Below are positions 58,371 to 64,000 of a stretch of DNA of 64,000 bases, one piece after another (within the stretch, counting starts at the first letter, position 1; the number at the start of each line of letters is the position of its first letter). The position numbers were made by a program, and so were the translations under genes. The stretch is from Candidatus Saccharimonadales bacterium (GTDB taxonomy: Bacteria; Patescibacteriota; Saccharimonadia; Saccharimonadales; UBA10212): positions 482,717 to 546,716 of the forward strand of contig JBEKOJ010000001.1 in assembly GCA_049521895.1 (NCBI GenBank), read 5' to 3'. The notes beneath the pieces were generated by a model. That model saw only the letters and a list, made by a program, of their open reading frames with translations. It was not told where the DNA came from and made no database searches.

Positions 58371-59335
58371 TTTTTACCCCTAGCGACGGGCGGCAACTTA
58401 TGGTCGACTATGACATACTCCGGCCGCGACTTTACAATCCGGTTATTTTGGGCAATATAGGCACCGAGGACACCCAGGAACACGAAATTCATACCAAAAA
58501 AGAATAGCACAATGGTCATCAAGGAAGCCCAGCCACTGACAGTTTGCGAACCGGCGAGCTTTGCAATAATGATATACAGGCCGTATAGGAAAGAAAACGT
58601 TGCAATTACTAACCCGAGTGCCATTGTCAGCAGTAAGGGTTTTTCGCTAAATTGCATAACACCCTCCGTGCCCAGCTTTAGCATCTTTTTATAAGTATAT
58701 TTACTTTCTCCCTTAGCCCTTTTGGCTGGCTTATAGCTCAAGGTAATTCTTTTTGAAGGTATCCAGGAAAAATAGGCCCTAAGGAAAATCTTTTGCTCTG
58801 GACTTGACGACAATGAGCGGATAATTGAGCCGTCCACTAAGCGGAAGTCCGAAGCGCCGCTTTCCAAGGATAAACCGGATAGCCGATTGATTATTGCGTA
58901 GTAGGATTTTGATGTTAGGAACTTTAGGGGACCGAGCTTTTTTAATGAATCCTCGCGTACCATCTGGACTATTTGATAGCCTTGCTCCCATAGCTCGAGT
59001 ATCTTTCCAAAGTATGCTGGTGGATGCTGCAAGTCCGCGTCCAACATGATTACTGCGTCGGCGTGCGATGATGCCGCTAAGCCTGCCCGTAGCGCGGACT
59101 GGTGGCCAAAATTGGCGGCAAAATTAATATAAAAAACTTGCTGATGGCGGTTGCAAAGATGGCCGATAATTTTTTGGGTATTGTCGGTGCTACCATCGTT
59201 AACGAATAGTAGTTGCAGCTGGTATTTATTTTTTAACTGTTTCAGCTCCCGGTTTACTTCTTTGAAGAAATGAGGCAGGCTTTCTCCTTCGTTAAAGCAT
59301 GGTACGACGACCACAACGGTTGGCTTCGGTTTCAT
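58367..59335 (-). CDS. GT2 polyprenol-phosphate glycosyltransferase (GtrB/DPM1-like)
   Basis: VVVVPCFNEGESL...VNDGSTDNT...MLDADLQHPP and two C-terminal TM helices. Confidence 0.85.
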   Translation of the reverse strand: MKPKPTVVVVVPCFNEGESLPHFFKEVNRELKQLKNKYQLQLLFVNDGSTDNTQKIIGHLCNRHQQVFYINFAANFGHQSALRAGLAASSHADAVIMLDADLQHPPAYFGKILELWEQGYQIVQMVREDSLKKLGPLKFLTSKSYYAIINRLSGLSLESGASDFRLVDGSIIRSLSSSPEQKIFLRAYFSWIPSKRITLSYKPAKRAKGESKYTYKKMLKLGTEGVMQFSEKPLLLTMALGLVIATFSFLYGLYIIIAKLAGSQTVSGWASLMTIVLFFFGMNFVFLGVLGAYIAQNNRIVKSRPEYVIVDHKLPPVARGKK

Positions 59336-59384
59336 GGAATCTATATTAGTAACCCAGAATTAGTGTTTTAATAGTATAAGTCCA

Positions 59385-61442
59385 ATGAGGAAAAGTCGAG
59401 TGCTTATGCAAAGCCGCCTCGCCCGCTATTTACTGGTCGGCGGAGGTAGCTATGCCGTGGAGTTATCGCTGCTGGTTTTTCTAACTGCGGTTCTTAACCT
59501 TAACAGGGTGTTGTCGACAGCGTTGGCCTTCTGGGTTGGCCTTGTCTTATCCTTTGGTCTACAGAAACTTTACGCCTTCCAGGATTACCGAAAAGAGCTG
59601 GGTGCTATTAGTCGGCAAACCGGGGCGTTTTCTTTGTTGGTCGGGTTTAATTACTGCTTCACGCTAGTTGTAGTCTCATTGTTTTCAAGCCATTTAATTA
59701 TTTTTAGCCGGACTTTAGCCATCGCCTGTACGACCACCTGGAATTATTTTATTTATAAACGCATATTCACTGGGACAAAAAATAGTTTATTAGACTCTGC
59801 AGCCTCGTTGATTATTGGATTTTCTAAATCAATTCACGGGCGCTACCGCAAAAACGAACGCAAGATTTTTAAGCTTGTTTGTTTGGTTTCTATAGTGTCT
59901 TTACTGGGAGCTGGCCTGTACACATCAGTCAAAGCCAGTTATTACCAGTCAGTTAACGCCGACGCGCTAAGTAGCGTTTACGCCAGCAAAGATTTTTCTG
60001 GCCGGTCGCAAGTACACGTGCTAGATGACCATACCAATGCCATGAAGCTGCCTATCCTTGGTCTACAAGGCAGGCTTTTTAATTACGATTACACAAGCTT
60101 TGTGGCGTTGAATATTGTCCTGGTCCTTATAACCTTATCGGGGATAGTTTTTATTGTTTACAAGTGGTTGGGCAGCAGGGCTATACCTCTTGTGTGCTTG
60201 CCGCTGGCTTCAATGCTCATAGCTTCGTCTTTGCTTGCTATCAACATAGTCTATGCCACTACCAGGAACATTGAATTTCTGATTGCTTTTTGGCTGCTTT
60301 TTCAGGCAATACGCATATCAAAACATTCAGCTAACTGGCAAAGCTCCTTGGCCTTTGTAGTATATGGCCTGCTCATAGCTAGCGATCTTTATTTCTTTTA
60401 TGTCTGGACTGCGCCAATTTTGCTGCTATTCGCCGCCCTGGCTCTTATAAGAAAAGGCTTCGGCATGGTAAAAGCCCTGCTTTACGTCGCCGCCAGCAGC
60501 CTATTCGGGCTCATAACTATGCTCGTGCTCGCAAAAACTGATGTGCTCGTGGTGGTTCATGCTTCCCCTGGTAGCGTGGTAACAGAAAGCCAGTTGCTGC
60601 CGCAACTCAATACTACTTTCTTTCAGATTCTGCATTTATTCGGGGCATATATATTCGGTAAAGCAGCGAGCTTAGCGTCTCTGGGCAATTTACTTAACTT
60701 CATTATGGCTATACTTTGTATCTACGCCTTCTTTGTTATAGGCAAGTCTCTGAAAACCATTAGCAAAAACAGCCTGCCGGTGGTTGCGAATTGGCTAGCC
60801 ATCCTCTTTATTGTTTTGTCTTACGCGTTCTCGAACAAGGTGGTGGCCGGCGACGAGCGGTATCTGGTCTTTGCGATTTTGCTTTTAGTGATTAACCTGG
60901 CCTGGTTGCTGATCCATAGGTTCAATATATCTTATGGGGCGATAGTAGCAATATCTTTGGTCCTGCTAGCCGGTATGGCCGTGCAGTTTATGAAGCAGAC
61001 CCGGGCGGAGTATTTAGGCGTCTATCAGGCCACAAACCAAAGAAAGGCCGCCTACGTTGACTTCTCTAACGAGTTGCTAGCTAACAATGTCCATGAGGCT
61101 TTTTCGGCTTACTGGACCGCTAGCCCTACCCGTTTCTGGAGCGGCAACAAAGTCATGGTCTCTCCGATTGAAGACTGTAATAAGCCTATGGAAATTCTAA
61201 CTAACGAGAAGTGGTATGTACCCACAGGCGCCAAACGCACAGCTATAATTTTTGACAACATCGGGCCTAATGGCGGCTTTTGGAGCGCTTGTGGCTTGGG
61301 CCAGCTAGCCCAGTTTTACGGCCAACCGGCCAAGACTATCCAGATAACCGAGCCTGACCCGTCATTTGATGGTACGCTTTTGGTTTATAACTATGATATC
61401 CGGACTAAGATGGACCAAAATTATCTAAAATCTTTCCACTAA
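59385..61442 (+). CDS. Large polytopic membrane protein: N-terminal GtrA-like domain fused to a GT-C-like multi-TM domain
   Basis: The first ~130 aa are LARYLLVGGGSYAVELSLLVF...TTWNYFIYKRIF (GtrA pattern). They are followed by about 12 TM helices and a soluble C-terminal domain. Confidence 0.65.
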   Translation: MRKSRVLMQSRLARYLLVGGGSYAVELSLLVFLTAVLNLNRVLSTALAFWVGLVLSFGLQKLYAFQDYRKELGAISRQTGAFSLLVGFNYCFTLVVVSLFSSHLIIFSRTLAIACTTTWNYFIYKRIFTGTKNSLLDSAASLIIGFSKSIHGRYRKNERKIFKLVCLVSIVSLLGAGLYTSVKASYYQSVNADALSSVYASKDFSGRSQVHVLDDHTNAMKLPILGLQGRLFNYDYTSFVALNIVLVLITLSGIVFIVYKWLGSRAIPLVCLPLASMLIASSLLAINIVYATTRNIEFLIAFWLLFQAIRISKHSANWQSSLAFVVYGLLIASDLYFFYVWTAPILLLFAALALIRKGFGMVKALLYVAASSLFGLITMLVLAKTDVLVVVHASPGSVVTESQLLPQLNTTFFQILHLFGAYIFGKAASLASLGNLLNFIMAILCIYAFFVIGKSLKTISKNSLPVVANWLAILFIVLSYAFSNKVVAGDERYLVFAILLLVINLAWLLIHRFNISYGAIVAISLVLLAGMAVQFMKQTRAEYLGVYQATNQRKAAYVDFSNELLANNVHEAFSAYWTASPTRFWSGNKVMVSPIEDCNKPMEILTNEKWYVPTGAKRTAIIFDNIGPNGGFWSACGLGQLAQFYGQPAKTIQITEPDPSFDGTLLVYNYDIRTKMDQNYLKSFH

Positions 61443-61458
61443 GCCCGTGGGCGTTTGG

Positions 61459-62307
61459 TTAGCTCTCCAAGCTTAATAGTTCAACCAGCTGCTTATAGGA
61501 CTTCAGGTCATTAACAGCGACCCAGATACCTTTTGTTAGCCCAACTGACCAAAGTTTTTTCTCTTGGGCCAACAGCGGGAAGAGCACTTGCTCAAAATCA
61601 TTTTTTTCCTTTAGGCTAAATAGCTTCAGGAACCGCGGCAAAATTTTTGGCGAAAATATGGTTACGCCTACATGGGCAGGTACCGGTATAAACGGGTACA
61701 TCTGGGTATCCACAACTTTGTTGTCAACCACCATCATGCCGGTTGCGGCGTAAGCCTGCCCGGGCGCTAAGACTGCTGTCGCCAACATACCTTTTTTCTG
61801 GCCCTCAATATGGGCGTTGCCGACAAAACGCGGAAATGAGCCGGGAAAATTAAGAATAATGTCATCTGGGTTAGACACTATCAAATTGCAGCCCGAGGGG
61901 ATGGAGCCGTTGTCCAGGGCGTTTCTAATAGCACCACCTTTGCCTACCGGCTTTGTGGGATCGTGGCTGTAAACAATCTCTACACCCAGTCCAGCGCCAT
62001 CGCCAAGGCGATCCTGAATAGTGTGCGCGTGGTGGTAAACCAGGGCTACGAATTTTTTGATGCCAGCGTCGCGGTACATGCGTATGGCCATTTCTATCAT
62101 GGTGTCACCATTGGGCAGCTGGTGGGCGTTTTTATTGACTTTTTTGCCGTTTAAAACAGCCGCATAACGAGTACTTTCGCCGCCAGCCATCAAGGCCACT
62201 ACGGAATTGGCGGCAAATTTCTCCCACTCCTGCTCGCTAGCCTCGGGAGGTTCATGAAACTGGGCTACCACCTCGGCCAGATTATCAAGTTTTTCTTGTA
62301 AGTCCAT
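61459..62307 (-). CDS. Sugar-phosphate nucleotidyltransferase
   Basis: VALMAGGESTRY (a variant of the G-x-G-T-R signature) and a GT-A-like fold pattern. Confidence 0.7.
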   Translation of the reverse strand: MDLQEKLDNLAEVVAQFHEPPEASEQEWEKFAANSVVALMAGGESTRYAAVLNGKKVNKNAHQLPNGDTMIEMAIRMYRDAGIKKFVALVYHHAHTIQDRLGDGAGLGVEIVYSHDPTKPVGKGGAIRNALDNGSIPSGCNLIVSNPDDIILNFPGSFPRFVGNAHIEGQKKGMLATAVLAPGQAYAATGMMVVDNKVVDTQMYPFIPVPAHVGVTIFSPKILPRFLKLFSLKEKNDFEQVLFPLLAQEKKLWSVGLTKGIWVAVNDLKSYKQLVELLSLES

Positions 62308-62475
62308 AAGAATACCAAGATAGTATATCAGGTGTGTTCTTACAGATTAACAGACCCCGACCACCAGGCTACCACGTTCCGATTGTTTGCACCGAGATTA
62401 TAATAGTCGGCAATGCCTAGCCTTTTACGGCCAAGCCTTTTTATAGTAAGGTTCAATAATGATTAGTCTTAATGT

Positions 62476-63234
62476 ATGGTCCACGCAAGTAGTATAGCCC
62501 GCCTCAAAAAAGCGACTCCAAAGAAAGTCATTCGGAAGATAGGTTTTGAGGTTAATAATTACAAAACTCATCTGAAGTGCCAGAAAGCCAAGAAAAAGTT
62601 ACTAAAAACTTTTGATAACCCCCCGGCTTTTGCTGTTACCTATGATGAGCTTGGCCTCATAACTGGTTCGATTGTTTTTCTGGACAATAAGGAGATTCCC
62701 ACGCTATTTAGGTATGGACAAAGTGCCAAAACTTTAGTAGAGATTGGGGCAGCCTTTGGCGGATCGTCTTCTATATTCCTTGCAGGTATGCCAAAGGGGG
62801 GGCATCTTTTTTCTATTGACCCCTTTGTTGAGGATTCTATAGGTCCTTGGAGCGCCACGGAAGAAAAGTGCCGGCAAAGCGTTTCCCGGCTGTTAAGGGT
62901 TTTGAACAAAGAAGATGCCCTGAAAAATTGGTCACTACTGGTTAAGCCTAGCTATGACGCTGTAAAAAAATGGCAGAAAAAAATTGACCTGATTTTTATT
63001 GACGGTGACCATAATTATATAGCAGTCAAGAAGGACTTTGCGGACTGGCTACCGCATGTTAAAAAGGGTGGGCTTATCCTCATACATGATTCGCGTCGAA
63101 TTTCCGCTACTCCGGCAAAGGAATACCACAGAGGCTGGCCTGGACCGACCAAACTCGCCAAAGAGCTACGAAATGATAAACGAGTCCACTTGATTGATGA
63201 GTCTCATTCCATTACTGTTTGGAAGAAACGCTAG
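62476..63234 (+). CDS. Class I SAM-dependent methyltransferase (Methyltransf_24-like)
   Basis: LVEIGAAFGGSS ... IFIDGDHNYIAVKKDFADWLPHVKKGGLILIHD. Confidence 0.7.
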   Translation: MVHASSIARLKKATPKKVIRKIGFEVNNYKTHLKCQKAKKKLLKTFDNPPAFAVTYDELGLITGSIVFLDNKEIPTLFRYGQSAKTLVEIGAAFGGSSSIFLAGMPKGGHLFSIDPFVEDSIGPWSATEEKCRQSVSRLLRVLNKEDALKNWSLLVKPSYDAVKKWQKKIDLIFIDGDHNYIAVKKDFADWLPHVKKGGLILIHDSRRISATPAKEYHRGWPGPTKLAKELRNDKRVHLIDESHSITVWKKR

Positions 63235-63335
63235 TGGTACGGTAGAACAGTACAAACAGATTGACATAAGGGGTAAGAAAGTTCTAAAATTAAGGTACAC
63301 CAAGACCGGGCCATAGGGCGCGGTAAAATAAAGGT

Positions 63336-63887
63336 ATGCCTAAAAAGTTTAAAAAAATCAGCCGAAGAAGATTATTGATAGCTACAGTCAGCATTTTGGT
63401 TATTGCCGGGATAGTTTTGGCTTTGCTACTCCATTTTCATAAATCGGTAACGTCTATCCCTACTCTTCCCACGCCTGCCAACCAGTCTTCCGCTTCTAAT
63501 AAACTCGTACCCAGTAACAGCGGTACTTCATCCGTCAAAAATGGCTCTAGCCCATCTAGCAATACCAGCAACGTAGAGCTGGCAGCGCCATACGGCACAC
63601 TTGTTAGTAACCACCGGCCCAATTTAGGCGGCTCGCCAGCCCCCTCCCAAGAGCAGTCGGTGTGTAATACAACTGTTGGTGCAACTTGCTATATCGAGTT
63701 CACTCAAGGCAGTACTGTCAAGAAGCTAGATGCCCAAACCGTTGATAGCACTGGAACAGCTATATGGACCTGGGATGTTAGCCAGGCGGGTTTTAGCCAA
63801 GGGACTTGGCAAATTACGGCCGTAGCAACGCTGGGCGGGCAGACTAAAACCACGGCTGATCCAACGCCACTCGAGGTGTTGCCATGA
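63336..63887 (+). CDS. Membrane-anchored secreted hypothetical protein
   Basis: An N-terminal TM helix, a Ser-rich linker and a beta-rich C-terminus. Confidence 0.5.
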   Translation: MPKKFKKISRRRLLIATVSILVIAGIVLALLLHFHKSVTSIPTLPTPANQSSASNKLVPSNSGTSSVKNGSSPSSNTSNVELAAPYGTLVSNHRPNLGGSPAPSQEQSVCNTTVGATCYIEFTQGSTVKKLDAQTVDSTGTAIWTWDVSQAGFSQGTWQITAVATLGGQTKTTADPTPLEVLP

Positions 63888-64000
63888 AAAAATTCTTAAA
63901 AATTATCCTTGGCCTTAGCCCGGCGCTTATGGTTGCCGCGGCCTTAATTTTATCCTCCAGCCGGGTATTTGCCTTTAACGCCAACGATCTAATGGATGAC
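63884..64000 (+). CDS. Partial ORF with a signal peptide that runs off the right edge
   Basis: Its ATG overlaps the upstream TGA (ATGA). The product reads MKKFLKIILGLSPALMVAAALILSSSRVFAF. Confidence 0.4.
   Translation, partial: MKKFLKIILGLSPALMVAAALILSSSRVFAFNANDLMDD

Overview
This 64-kb bacterial chromosomal window is tightly packed with genes. The gene style suggests a reduced-genome Patescibacteria/CPR (Saccharibacteria-like) organism, but that is inference only: chains of 8-nt ATGnnnTRA gene overlaps, frequent GTG/TTG starts, an archaeal-type AspRS, many membrane-anchored hypothetical proteins, and small four-helix-bundle and GIY-YIG cassettes. Layout: (1) 1-8 kb, minus-strand core operons hrcA-orf-grpE-orf-dnaK (with tandem CIRCE operators) and murJ-lepA plus two guanylate-kinase-like paralogs. 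(2) 8-30 kb, a mix of envelope, transport and repair genes: Mur ligase, MBL hydrolase, AlkA-like glycosylase, MMPL, archaeal-type aspS, CNNM/CorC, DsbA-like, NRAMP, Kef-type antiporter, and a DUF4430/membrane pair behind a candidate cobalamin riboswitch. (3) 30.5-44.9 kb, an integrated, visibly AT-richer element at tRNA-Asn(GUU), bounded by a 26-bp direct repeat of the tRNA 3' end. It carries a large serine recombinase, an XRE repressor, an Ltp-like superinfection-exclusion gene, a three-gene operon led by a 1059-aa SF1-helicase/PLD-nuclease/Zn-ribbon fusion (my best candidate for an undescribed or variant defence system), and a cargo of nucleotide-sanitation genes (ITPase, Nudix, EndoQ-like) cut into single-gene modules by a GTTCTAAC-type repeat. 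(4) 45-50 kb: class-V aminotransferase, thioredoxin-fold membrane protein, a phosphoketolase remnant, DUF1761, an MFS pump, and a LexA-like protein lacking a protease domain. (5) 50.8-63.2 kb: a surface-glycan cluster containing a four-helix-bundle cassette, an in-frame miniature repeat element inside a GT4 gene, and a galE remnant. Several short repeat families not explained by the genes recur across the window: a 22-bp AATACTTAAC-NN-GTTAAGTATT palindrome (10 loci, 4 inside CDSs), a 105-bp TIR element abutting two start codons in opposite orientations, and GTAG-type word arrays. I saw no rRNA and no CRISPR array. All functional calls come from reading motifs by eye; no database search was run.
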